This document shows, piece after piece, positions 38,802-48,188 of a stretch of 64,000 bases of DNA. Below the pieces are notes generated by a model, which saw only the letters and a program-made list of their open reading frames with translations, was not told where the DNA came from and searched no databases. The position numbers and the translations under genes are program-made. The stretch comes from Desulfobulbales bacterium. Lineage in GTDB: Bacteria; Desulfobacterota; Desulfobulbia; Desulfobulbales; BM004. The stretch lies in the NCBI GenBank assembly GCA_041598875.1, contig JBFHXP010000002.1, forward strand, positions 13,716-77,715, in the 5' to 3' direction. Numbering within the stretch: position 1 is the first letter of the stretch; each line of letters starts with the position of its first letter.

Positions 38802-39911
38802 ATGTTCCGTTTTGACCGACGACTGCTCTTTAATTTCGACTGGATAATGCTTGGCACGGTGCTGACCGTGTCGGCCATGGCCCTGATAAACCTGTACAGT
38901 TCAAGCTCAACCGGCAGCGGTTCGGCATCGGCCGCCTTCTACAAGCAGCTCTACTTCACCATCTTCGGATTCGGTCTCATCCTGGCGATGATCAGTTTTG
39001 ACTACCGGAAGCTGATCCTCTGGAATTATCCACTCTACTTCATTGCCCTTGCCCTTCTCGTCGCCGCCCTGGTGGTCGGGTCAACCATTTCCGGGAGTCA
39101 GCGCTGGATCAATCTCGGTTTTTTCCGCCTCCAGCCCTCGGAACCTGCCAAGCTGGTGCTGGTCATCACCCTTGCCAGCTACTATTACCGCAAGGATACC
39201 GGCAAGGGATTCACCCTCAAGGAGCTGTTCGTACCGGCCGCGCTGACCTTTTTCCCCTTTCTTCTTATCATGAAGCAGCCGGACCTCGGGACCTCCCTGA
39301 TGCTGGTGGCGATTTTTGTCTCCATGACCATCTTTGTCAAGCTGCGCTGGTCGACCCTTGCCACCCTGATCGGCTTCTGCCTTGCCGCGATTCCCATTGG
39401 CTGGAAATTTTTCCTGAAACCATACCAGCGCCTGCGGATCGAGACCTTTCTCAACCCCGAGGCGGATCCGATGAACAGCGGCTACCATATCATGCAATCA
39501 AAAATCGCGGTGGGCAGTGGCCTGAAACTGGGCAAGGGGTATCTCAAGGGAACCCAGGGCCATCTTCATTTCCTGCCGGAACGGCATACCGATTTCGCCT
39601 TTTCCGTCTGGGCCGAGGAGTGGGGATTCGCAGGCTGCCTCCTCTTTCTTGCCATCTACTTTTTCATGATCCTCTGGGGGTTGAACATCGGCCTCAGTTC
39701 ACGGGACAAATTCGGGGTATTGCTCGCCTTTGGCATAGTCTCACTCATCTTCTGGCAGGCGATTGTCAACCTTCTGATGGTCATGGGACTTCTGCCGGTG
39801 GTCGGCATTCCGTTGCCGCTCTTCAGCTACGGAGGATCTTCACTTCTGACCACAATGCTCGGATTAGGCCTGCTGATGAATATCCGGATGCGTCGATTTC
39901 AAGTAAAATAA
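38802..39911 (+). CDS. rodA: SEDS peptidoglycan glycosyltransferase RodA
   Basis: ORF 38616-39911. The real start is MFRFDRRLLFNFDW at 38802. Contains QPSEPAKL, HTDFAFSVWAEEWGF and PLPLFSYGGSS. Confidence 0.9.
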   Translation: MFRFDRRLLFNFDWIMLGTVLTVSAMALINLYSSSSTGSGSASAAFYKQLYFTIFGFGLILAMISFDYRKLILWNYPLYFIALALLVAALVVGSTISGSQRWINLGFFRLQPSEPAKLVLVITLASYYYRKDTGKGFTLKELFVPAALTFFPFLLIMKQPDLGTSLMLVAIFVSMTIFVKLRWSTLATLIGFCLAAIPIGWKFFLKPYQRLRIETFLNPEADPMNSGYHIMQSKIAVGSGLKLGKGYLKGTQGHLHFLPERHTDFAFSVWAEEWGFAGCLLFLAIYFFMILWGLNIGLSSRDKFGVLLAFGIVSLIFWQAIVNLLMVMGLLPVVGIPLPLFSYGGSSLLTTMLGLGLLMNIRMRRFQVK

Positions 39912-40038
39912 TGAGCATTTTTTTAAAAAAACCATTATCTTTTCAGTTTATTAACCCGTGGATGCCCGGAAAATCGATCTTTTCTCGCAAGGCGGAATAC
40001 CCGCGGGTATCTTGAATAATCCGGAATAGGAGCATGAC

Positions 40039-41256
40039 ATGAAGAATAAATCTCTCTTCATATTCCTGATCATGATCTCGGTCACCGCCGCACTTGCCCA
40101 CGTCACCCGGGCTGCCGACGAAAAGTGCACCCATCAGGTGGTCAAGGGCGACACCCTCTGGCACATCAGCGGCTCCTACCTTCAGGACCCCAGGCAATGG
40201 CCCCGGATATGGAAAAATAACCCGGCCATTGACAACCCCAATCTCATCTACCCCAGACAGCTCATCGCCCTGCCCGGCGACAGCGTTTCCTGCAACGAAA
40301 ACCAGTGCATCCATCATGTGGTCAAGGGCGACACCCTCTGGCACATCAGCACCACCTATCTCCGGGACCCGTTGCTCTGGCCGCGGATTTGGAAAAACAA
40401 TCCTGAAATCAAAAACCCCAATCTGATCTATCCAAAGCAGCAGATACGGGTCCCCTGCGCTGAAAAGCAAACAGTTGCCGCCGCTCCTCCTCCCGCACCT
40501 GCGCCGGTTGAAGAGCCCGCGCCCCAGACACCTGAACCGCCCACAATGGATCTCGGAGAATTGTCCGGTGAGCCCGGAGGGCCTAACCAGGTTCTTTTTG
40601 CCGGCGATGCCGGATCAATGACCATGGGAACACCGGTTGCCCCGGGAATCGGGGCAGTGATAGAGAAACCAGCCTTTTACGGCACGGTAACAGGACGGGA
40701 TAACTGGAAATTTGCCGGGTCAGAAGAGATCCTCACCATTTCGCTTCCCGGGGCTGTTGACGGCCAACGCTATGGAGTGTACCGCGACCTGGGCCGGGTC
40801 CGCCACCCCGATGGAGGCTGGCTCTCCTGGACTTCGTACGGCAACCTGATAATGGAAGTGGGGGTAGTGGAAGTCATCTCCACCGGATCCACTGCCCATA
40901 CCGCCCGGGTAGTGGAGACCTTTCACCACATTCAGGCCAGTGACCACCTCGGCCCGGTTCCGGAACGACCAATGCTGCCGCCGGCCGACCAGGGGACTTT
41001 TCACAGCAACCTGAGCGCAACAATCATTGCAATCCACTCCATGCGCAATGTCGCCGCCGGTCGGGATATCGTCTATATCGACCGCGGGGAAGAGGACGGG
41101 GTTGTTTCCGGCGATGCGCTCTATGTTACCGATCAGAAGAGCCGCCAGGCGGTTGTCCGGGTGATCACCGTTACCCCGACCACGGCAACGGCCCTGGTAA
41201 TGCCGACCACCCCCCAGTATATCTTCCCCGGAGAACGGCTGGCCGCGAATCCCTGA
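40039..41256 (+). CDS. Secreted protein with two LysM domains
   Basis: 405 aa. Signal peptide, then two copies of H.VVKGDTLWHIS..YL.DP..WPRIWKNNP.I.NPNLIYP.Q and a Pro/Ala linker. Confidence 0.8.
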   Translation: MKNKSLFIFLIMISVTAALAHVTRAADEKCTHQVVKGDTLWHISGSYLQDPRQWPRIWKNNPAIDNPNLIYPRQLIALPGDSVSCNENQCIHHVVKGDTLWHISTTYLRDPLLWPRIWKNNPEIKNPNLIYPKQQIRVPCAEKQTVAAAPPPAPAPVEEPAPQTPEPPTMDLGELSGEPGGPNQVLFAGDAGSMTMGTPVAPGIGAVIEKPAFYGTVTGRDNWKFAGSEEILTISLPGAVDGQRYGVYRDLGRVRHPDGGWLSWTSYGNLIMEVGVVEVISTGSTAHTARVVETFHHIQASDHLGPVPERPMLPPADQGTFHSNLSATIIAIHSMRNVAAGRDIVYIDRGEEDGVVSGDALYVTDQKSRQAVVRVITVTPTTATALVMPTTPQYIFPGERLAANP

Positions 41257-41273
41257 TCCTCGCGAAACAGTGG

Positions 41274-42254
41274 TTATTGACCCGACCCCGCAAGCCACCG
41301 TGCCTGACGGGCCCGCTCGACAACCAGTTCTCCCAGTGAACGTATAAAGAGAGGATCGCGGTTCAGTGATTCGGTCCGCGCAAGGCGGATACCGAGCATT
41401 TCCGCCTGCTCCCGGTACATGATATCGATTTCGTACAGGGTCTCGACATGGTCGGAAACAAAACTGACCGGCACCATCAGAATAAAACGGCATCCCTCGC
41501 CCGCGAGCCGCTCCATGACCTCGGGAGTGGAGGGGGACAGCCACTCCACCGGGCCGCTTCTGCTCTGAAAACCGACGACCCCGGGCACCTTGGTCTTCGC
41601 TTCCACGGCGGCAATGGTGGCAAGAATCTGGTCAAGATAGGGGTCTCCCTCATCAATAAACTTCTTCGGCAGGCTATGGGCGCTGTACACCACGGTGGCC
41701 TGTTCCGCTGCCAGCCCATCCAATCCTTTACAGATCTTTGCGGCCAGGCAGTCGATATAGCTCGGCTGGACCGGCCAGGATTCGATCTCGGCCAGCTCAA
41801 AACCAGGAAAAACCCGGGCGGCCTGCCGCAGGTCGTCCAGGGAGGAACCGGTGGTGGCCACGGAATAATGAGGATACAGGGGCAGGGCCACGGCCCGATG
41901 CACCCCCTGGGAGCGGAGTTGTTTGATGGCATCCACGGCAGTCGGCTGCCAGTACCGCATCGCCATCACCACCCGGAAATCACCTTGTCCTGACAGATGC
42001 TCAACCAGATCCATTCCCTGATCCGCCGTTATCCGGGCAAGGGGAGAACCGCCGCCGATCATCCCATAGGCGGCACGACTCTTTGGGGCACGCCGCCTGG
42101 CAATGAGCCGGGCCAAGGGCTTCTGCATGAACCAGGGCCCGAGACGGATGATCTTGCGGTCGGAAAAAAGATTATAGAGAAAAGGCTCAACGTCTTCGGG
42201 CTTTTCCGGACCGCCGAGGTTGAGTAGAATGATTCCAATGGGTTCTGAGGCCAT
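41274..42254 (-). CDS. hemH: Ferrochelatase
   Basis: 326 aa. Contains GIILLNLGGPE..DVEPFLYNLFSD, LPLYPHYS and SAHSLP. Confidence 0.9.
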   Translation of the reverse strand: MASEPIGIILLNLGGPEKPEDVEPFLYNLFSDRKIIRLGPWFMQKPLARLIARRRAPKSRAAYGMIGGGSPLARITADQGMDLVEHLSGQGDFRVVMAMRYWQPTAVDAIKQLRSQGVHRAVALPLYPHYSVATTGSSLDDLRQAARVFPGFELAEIESWPVQPSYIDCLAAKICKGLDGLAAEQATVVYSAHSLPKKFIDEGDPYLDQILATIAAVEAKTKVPGVVGFQSRSGPVEWLSPSTPEVMERLAGEGCRFILMVPVSFVSDHVETLYEIDIMYREQAEMLGIRLARTESLNRDPLFIRSLGELVVERARQARWLAGSGQ

Positions 42255-42448
42255 AACACGCTCCGCATTTTTTTAAGTCACACGCCATAATAATTCCGCA
42301 GGCAGAGCCATCGGCTGCTGCCCGCGCACATGAGCCCAACGCCACAGACCGGAAAGGGCTGGACACCAACCTCGTTCCGGGGATACGATCCAAACCTGTC
42401 ACCCGCGCCCCCGGGTGTCATGAAAATTCTAACAGCAGGGACCACACC

Positions 42449-45121
42449 ATGACCGCAGAGCCAGTCTATCTCATCGACGGCAGCGCCTATATCTACCGGG
42501 CCTATCATGCCATCGCCCCTCTCTCCAACAGCAGCGGGCTGCCGACCCATGCGGTTTTCGGTTTTACCAATATTCTGCTCCGGGTGCTGCGGGACAAATC
42601 ACCCAGGTTTATTGCCGTGGCCTGGGATGCCAAGGGACCGACCTTCCGCCATGAGGCCTATGCCGACTACAAGGCCAACCGCCCGCCAATGCCCGACGAC
42701 CTCATCCCGCAGATCTCATACATTAAAAAGGTGGTCGAGGCCTACAACATCCCCTCCATGGAACAACCAGGCCTTGAGGCCGACGACCTGATCGCCTCCG
42801 CCGCCCTGGCCCTTTCCCGGGCCGGCCATCCGGTGGTTATCGTTTCCGGTGACAAAGACCTCTTCCAGTTGGTATCAGACTCCATCACCCTGTGGGAACC
42901 GATGCGGGACATGCTCTATGACACGGATGCCGTCCATGCCAAGTACAATGTCGGCCCGCAACACCTCCTTGACCTCTTTGCCCTGATCGGCGATTCCAGC
43001 GACAATGTGCCCGGAGTTCCGGGGGTGGGCCCCAAGACCGCGGAAAAACTGATTAACGAATTCGGTTCCCTTGAAGGCATCTTCAACAATCTTGACCAAT
43101 TGGGCAAGAAAAAACTCACTGAAAATCTTGCCGCCAACCGCAATGCGGCCTTTCTCTCACGGGAGCTGATCCGGCTGAAAACAGATGCGCCGGTGCCCCG
43201 GGAATCCTCGGCATACAGCCAGGGGGCTCCGAACACCGAACTGCTCAAATCCCTCTATACCGAACTGGAATTCACCCGGCTGCTCAAGTCCGAGGTGCCG
43301 GCGGAGCCCGTCTCCCAGGCCGGTTTTTCCCTGGTCCGGGACATTGACGAACTGAAAAGGATCACCCGCGAGCTCTCGGCAGAAAACTATCTGGTCATTG
43401 ACACCGAGACCTCCTCCCTTGACCCCCTGACCGCCAGGCTTGTCGGCGTCTCCCTCTGCGCCGGCGCCAAAGCGGCCTGGTACATACCGATCGGCCATTG
43501 CGATGATAACAACACCCTTCTGCCCGGCCAGCTCGACGAGGCACAGGCTCTCGCCCTGCTCAAACCCCTGCTGGAAGCCCCGGATCTGCCCAAGGTCGGG
43601 CATAACCTCAAATTTGACCTGAGCGTCTTTTTATCTAAAAATATCCAGGTCAAAGGACCACTCTGGGACACGATGATCGCCTCCTACCTCCTTGATCCAT
43701 CCCGGCGCTCCCACGGCCTCGATGATCTGAGCCGCGAAAACCTCGATCTTTCCCTGACCACATTCAAGGAGGTGACCAAAGGCGATAAGCGGGAGGACAG
43801 TTTTGTCCGGGTGGCCCCTGAAGCGGCAAAAAATTACTCCTGCGAGGATGTCCACGCAACCTGCCTCCTCTGGGAACTCTTTCAGCCGAAACTGGACCGG
43901 GAAAACCTGCTTGAGCTCTTTCTCGAGCTGGAAATGCCGCTGGTGCCGATACTGACCGGGATGGAGCGGGAAGGTATTCTGATTGATCCGGAAATCCTCC
44001 AGGGCCTGTCCGCGGAGTTTGCCCGAGAACTCACTGAACTGGAAAAGGATATTTACCAGCAGGCAGGGACCACCTTTAATATCAATTCGCCGGGTCAGCT
44101 GGGAGAGATTCTTTTTGCAAAAATGGGCCTGCCCCACGGCCGCAAGACCAAGACCGGCTATTCCACTGACGCCAAGGTCCTGGAAAAACTCGGCCATGTG
44201 GAGATTGTCCGCCTGGTCATGTCCTACCGCAATCTGGCCAAACTGCAGAATACCTATGTCGACAGGCTGGCATCACAGATCCACCCGGAAACCGGCCGGA
44301 TCCACACCTCGTTCAACCAGACGGTCACGGCCACCGGGCGGTTGAGCAGCAGCAATCCCAATCTCCAGAATATCCCGATCCGCACCGCTGAGGGGCAGCG
44401 AATCCGCGAGGCCTTTATCGCCCGGCCCGGCCACCTCTTCCTGGCCGGCGACTATTCCCAGATCGATCTCCGGGTGCTGGCGCATTATTCCCAGGATGCG
44501 GCACTGCTCGAGGCCTTCCGCACCGGCGGCGATATCCATGCCCGGACCGCTGCGGAAATATTCATGGTCTCACCCCTTTTAATCACCCCGGATATGCGGC
44601 GAGTGGCCAAAAGCATCAATTTCGGCATCGTCTACGGCATGAGCAGCTTTGGCCTCGCCGGCCAGTTGAATGTGAGCAGGAACTCGGCCCAGACCTTTAT
44701 TGACCGCTATTTTGCCCATTACAGCGGAGTGGAGAAATTCATGACCGATATCGTTGAAAAGGCGCGGGCGGACGGCTACGTCACCACCCTCCTGAACCGC
44801 CGCCGTTTCCTGCCGGATATCAACAGCAGCAACCGCCAGCGCCGGGAGTTTGCCGAACGCACCGCGATCAACACCCCGATTCAGGGCACTGCCGCAGATA
44901 TCATCAAGCTGGCGATGATCAAGGCGGATCAGGCCTTAAAAGAGGCCGGGCTCACCGCCCGAATGCTCCTTCAGATCCATGATGAGCTGGTATTCGAGGT
45001 GGTTGAGAACGAGGTGGATACAACCAGGGAAGTGGTTAAAACGGCGATGGAATCAGTCATGACTCTGGACGTACCGCTCTGTGTGAACCTGGAAACAGGC
45101 AGAAATCTGGCGCAGATTTGA
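42449..45121 (+). CDS. polA: DNA polymerase I
   Basis: 890 aa. 5'-nuclease N-terminus (LIDGSAYIYRAYHA), the 3'-5' exo motif (VIDTETSSLD) and pol motifs (DYSQIDLRVLAH, QIHDELVFE). Confidence 0.96.
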   Translation: MTAEPVYLIDGSAYIYRAYHAIAPLSNSSGLPTHAVFGFTNILLRVLRDKSPRFIAVAWDAKGPTFRHEAYADYKANRPPMPDDLIPQISYIKKVVEAYNIPSMEQPGLEADDLIASAALALSRAGHPVVIVSGDKDLFQLVSDSITLWEPMRDMLYDTDAVHAKYNVGPQHLLDLFALIGDSSDNVPGVPGVGPKTAEKLINEFGSLEGIFNNLDQLGKKKLTENLAANRNAAFLSRELIRLKTDAPVPRESSAYSQGAPNTELLKSLYTELEFTRLLKSEVPAEPVSQAGFSLVRDIDELKRITRELSAENYLVIDTETSSLDPLTARLVGVSLCAGAKAAWYIPIGHCDDNNTLLPGQLDEAQALALLKPLLEAPDLPKVGHNLKFDLSVFLSKNIQVKGPLWDTMIASYLLDPSRRSHGLDDLSRENLDLSLTTFKEVTKGDKREDSFVRVAPEAAKNYSCEDVHATCLLWELFQPKLDRENLLELFLELEMPLVPILTGMEREGILIDPEILQGLSAEFARELTELEKDIYQQAGTTFNINSPGQLGEILFAKMGLPHGRKTKTGYSTDAKVLEKLGHVEIVRLVMSYRNLAKLQNTYVDRLASQIHPETGRIHTSFNQTVTATGRLSSSNPNLQNIPIRTAEGQRIREAFIARPGHLFLAGDYSQIDLRVLAHYSQDAALLEAFRTGGDIHARTAAEIFMVSPLLITPDMRRVAKSINFGIVYGMSSFGLAGQLNVSRNSAQTFIDRYFAHYSGVEKFMTDIVEKARADGYVTTLLNRRRFLPDINSSNRQRREFAERTAINTPIQGTAADIIKLAMIKADQALKEAGLTARMLLQIHDELVFEVVENEVDTTREVVKTAMESVMTLDVPLCVNLETGRNLAQI

Positions 45122-45252
45122 TATCGCGGGAAACACCTGCGCGAAATCAAACGCACCCTGCACCGAGAGGTCCGGTTCCGTCACCTGCGAAAAGATCTCC
45201 GGCCCGTCCGCTGGTGTCCCGGACGGGCACACGAACCCGTTTCCAGCAAAGA

Positions 45253-47331
45253 TCAGGACAAGAGCTTCTCGCCCCCCGGCGATGAGATAAACACCTTGAG
45301 GGCGCCAACAATCGCCGGATCATACCTGGTGCTGTCTTTTGCCAGGATCTCGATGGCCTCCCTGGGAGCCAGGGCGGAGCGGTAGGAGCGCGGCCGGCTC
45401 ATGGCGCAGAAACTGTTGGCCACGGCAAGGACCTTTGCCGTCACCCGAATCTGATCGCCCTTGAGACCTTGGGGATAACCGCTGCCGTCACTGTTTTCAT
45501 TCATCTGGCAGATGGTTTCCGAGACTGGAAGTTCGAACTCGATGTCCCGGAGGATATCCTCGGTATACTGCACGTGTTTCTGCATTTCCAGCTTCTCGGC
45601 ATCGGTCAGCTGGCCCGGTTTTGACAGGATCGCCTGGTCGACAAAGACCTTGCCGACCTGGGAAAGATAGGCTGCCAGTTCCACCGTGGCCTGCTCCTGC
45701 CCGTCAAGGCCAAGCTCCTTGGCCACGGCCTTTGAGACAACGCTCATCATTCTGGAATGGCCGGCGAGATAGGGATCCTTCATCTCTATGGTCTTGACAA
45801 AGGCGTTGATTGTCTGCCTGATGGTGCGCTCATTTTTCTCCTGGGCCTCCACCAGATGGGTAATATCGGTAAAGACCGAAACAATACCGGTGATCTCGCC
45901 GGCAGAATCGACAAAGGGGATCTTGGTGATCATCAGGTAATGGAGTTTGGAAAGAAGATAGATCTTTTCGCTGACCGTGACCGGCTCCTTCTTCTGCCGG
46001 ACCTGTTCATCGCTTACCTGAAGCCTTTTCGCGGTGTCATAGCCGAAAACGGCGCGGTCATCCGAGCCGATGATACTCTCCATCTCGCTGTCTACCGCCC
46101 GGGCAAAGGCCGGATTGACATACTGGTAATTGCCGGCATGATCCTTAAAGCCGATGTAGTCGGTAATAGTCGAATTGATGCTGTCCAGGAACTGGCGCTG
46201 GTTTTCAATCTGACCGGCAAGCTCCTTGAATGTCACGGCAATCTTTTTGTTCTCCACACCGATCAACCGCCACCAGGCAGCACCCAGAAGAAGAACCAGG
46301 GCCACCAGGCCAAGAACCGCGATGGCCACAAAGCTCCGCCGGTATTGCCTGAGCGGCCCGTTTGCGCTCTCATAGTCGGTTTCCTGGACAACCCACCAGT
46401 CAAGCTCCGGGACCTTCTGGCCCAGGGAATAGACCATGGTATCGCCCTGCACCGACCGGCGGACCCCGTAGGCCATCCGCCCCTGGTCATTGAGCTCAAT
46501 CGCCTCTATCTCCAGGAGGCCGGATGGGGCCCAGGGGACAATCTCATGAAAGACCCCGTCATCAACCTGAACCAACCGGGCGCGCTCTCCCTCCTGAAAA
46601 AGCGGGGAGACCGCGAGAAGCTCGTCCATTTTCTGGGCAACGATCTTTGACAGCATGAGTACGGCCACCGGATCCGAGGGATTGTCGGTGGCGCCATGCG
46701 GCGGCAGGATCGGCAGATAGATATCGAGCACCATCCCCTTGCTGGTCGACCGCAGGGGCGCGAAACGGATCTCGCGGGAGCTGAACACCGATTGGGCCAG
46801 ATCTTTCTGCCGGGCAGAAAGGGCGATGGTGGAGCTGTCGGTGGCAATATAAGACTGGCCGTTGCGATTGATGACCCGGCCATCGAGAAAACCGGAGTAC
46901 TGGACAAACTCGCTGAGCAGGTTGGTCATCATCGGCAGCTGCTCGGCAAGGCCATCGCCCACCCCTTCCGCCATTCGCTGCGGGTACAGATGCTGGTTAA
47001 CGATGATCGAGACGTCTTCCTCGTGGAGATCGATTTCCGCGGCATAGAGGCGGAATATCTCGGACTGGATAATCCGGTCGCCCTGGGCGGCAAGACCGGC
47101 GAGCCAGGTGGAAATGACCTCCGCGCGGCTATTGGCCAGCAACTCAACCCGTTTTTCCGTGGCCTTTTCCAGTTCGCGGGTCCGGTCGGCTATGTTCAGC
47201 CTGACCAGGAAAAATGCCGCGGCAGACAGGATGATGAGTAAAGGTATGCCCACCTGAAAGACTCTGGCCTTAAGGCCGGCAGGTGACTCAATTTCGTGGC
47301 CCAGGGCTGCTTTTATGATCTGCTTGTCCAT
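45253..47331 (-). CDS. Transmembrane Cache-like/PAS protein with a degenerate HD-GYP domain
   Basis: ORF 45253-47382. ATG 47331 (MDKQ) has a GAGGGG RBS and lies 23 nt after the BTLCP stop. Two TM segments flank a periplasmic region of about 285 aa ending LDWWVVQETDYE (Cache-like), followed by a PAS-like segment. The C-terminal domain reads GHSRMM...AAYLSQVGK...QKHVQY...QMNENSDGSGYPQGL...VANSFCAM. Confidence 0.8.
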   Translation of the reverse strand: MDKQIIKAALGHEIESPAGLKARVFQVGIPLLIILSAAAFFLVRLNIADRTRELEKATEKRVELLANSRAEVISTWLAGLAAQGDRIIQSEIFRLYAAEIDLHEEDVSIIVNQHLYPQRMAEGVGDGLAEQLPMMTNLLSEFVQYSGFLDGRVINRNGQSYIATDSSTIALSARQKDLAQSVFSSREIRFAPLRSTSKGMVLDIYLPILPPHGATDNPSDPVAVLMLSKIVAQKMDELLAVSPLFQEGERARLVQVDDGVFHEIVPWAPSGLLEIEAIELNDQGRMAYGVRRSVQGDTMVYSLGQKVPELDWWVVQETDYESANGPLRQYRRSFVAIAVLGLVALVLLLGAAWWRLIGVENKKIAVTFKELAGQIENQRQFLDSINSTITDYIGFKDHAGNYQYVNPAFARAVDSEMESIIGSDDRAVFGYDTAKRLQVSDEQVRQKKEPVTVSEKIYLLSKLHYLMITKIPFVDSAGEITGIVSVFTDITHLVEAQEKNERTIRQTINAFVKTIEMKDPYLAGHSRMMSVVSKAVAKELGLDGQEQATVELAAYLSQVGKVFVDQAILSKPGQLTDAEKLEMQKHVQYTEDILRDIEFELPVSETICQMNENSDGSGYPQGLKGDQIRVTAKVLAVANSFCAMSRPRSYRSALAPREAIEILAKDSTRYDPAIVGALKVFISSPGGEKLLS

Positions 47332-47354
47332 TTTCCCCTCGCTCTGCTCTGTCG

Positions 47355-48107
47355 TTATTTCTTCAATGGAATATGTGCCCAACGGCTCAACTCATCGAAT
47401 GAATACTGTGCAACATAATGTTTGTATCTGGTGTGCTCAAAGACGCCATCAGTCAAATTATCAAGGATATAGATAGTCTCATCGAGGTACACCGCCAGCA
47501 CCGCATGGGCAATATTCCTGATGGTGTCCCGGACAATCACCACCCGCAGCTGGCCGGGGGCAAACCCCAGTTCCCTAAAGACAAAATATTTGGTGATGCT
47601 GTAATCCTCGCAATCCCCCGAGAGTTTGAGAAACTCCTGGGGGGTCGCCCAGTAATCACCAACCCCGTAGACATCCATATCAAGCCGGTAGGGCCATTTA
47701 TTCACATAGCGGCTGACGAATTTCAACTGCTCGAACCCTTTCAGGGAACGCGCCTGGGCGATCAACTCCTGCCAGCTGGCCGCGCCGGGAGGACACCCCC
47801 CAGAGGCCGATCCGCAGCTGTTCAGGGCCCGCACCTGCTCCTTGACGCTGCCGAGTATCCGGAGCCATTGGGTCAGAACCTTGTGCGATCCCTTGAATTC
47901 AATGGTATCAAGCAGCAGGATCCGTTTCTCCCCCGCGCCTGCATCCTGTTCACTGCCCTGACCCGGTCCGGGCATGGCAAGACCCGCCAGCAGCAATGAT
48001 AATAAAACCACCCTGACGATCACCAACCGACTCCAGCGGCTGCCATGCAAGAGAGAGTGAGCAATATGAGGCATAGAAGAAAAAGCCCTGGAATCGTTTA
48101 AGAACAT
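47355..48107 (-). CDS. Bacterial transglutaminase-like cysteine protease (BTLCP, LapG family), periplasmic
   Basis: 250 aa. Signal peptide, then GDCEDYSITKYFVFRELGF (Cys), HAVLAVY (His) and ILDN (Asp), which is the LapG-type triad context. Confidence 0.8.
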   Translation of the reverse strand: MFLNDSRAFSSMPHIAHSLLHGSRWSRLVIVRVVLLSLLLAGLAMPGPGQGSEQDAGAGEKRILLLDTIEFKGSHKVLTQWLRILGSVKEQVRALNSCGSASGGCPPGAASWQELIAQARSLKGFEQLKFVSRYVNKWPYRLDMDVYGVGDYWATPQEFLKLSGDCEDYSITKYFVFRELGFAPGQLRVVIVRDTIRNIAHAVLAVYLDETIYILDNLTDGVFEHTRYKHYVAQYSFDELSRWAHIPLKK

Positions 48108-48188
48108 CTTAAAAAATCACCCTCATTCTTCAAAATATCCTTATTTTTGTGCCCCACGGTAGTCCCGGCAAATGGACACTGCCGGGTC

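Noticed and set aside
40138-40350. 33-nt perfect direct repeat (gtggtcaagggcgacaccctctggcacatcagc) at 40138-40170 and 40318-40350.
   Set aside because: Both copies lie in frame inside one CDS and encode the two LysM domains (VVKGDTLWHIS). This is an internal domain duplication, not a mobile-element or CRISPR-type repeat.
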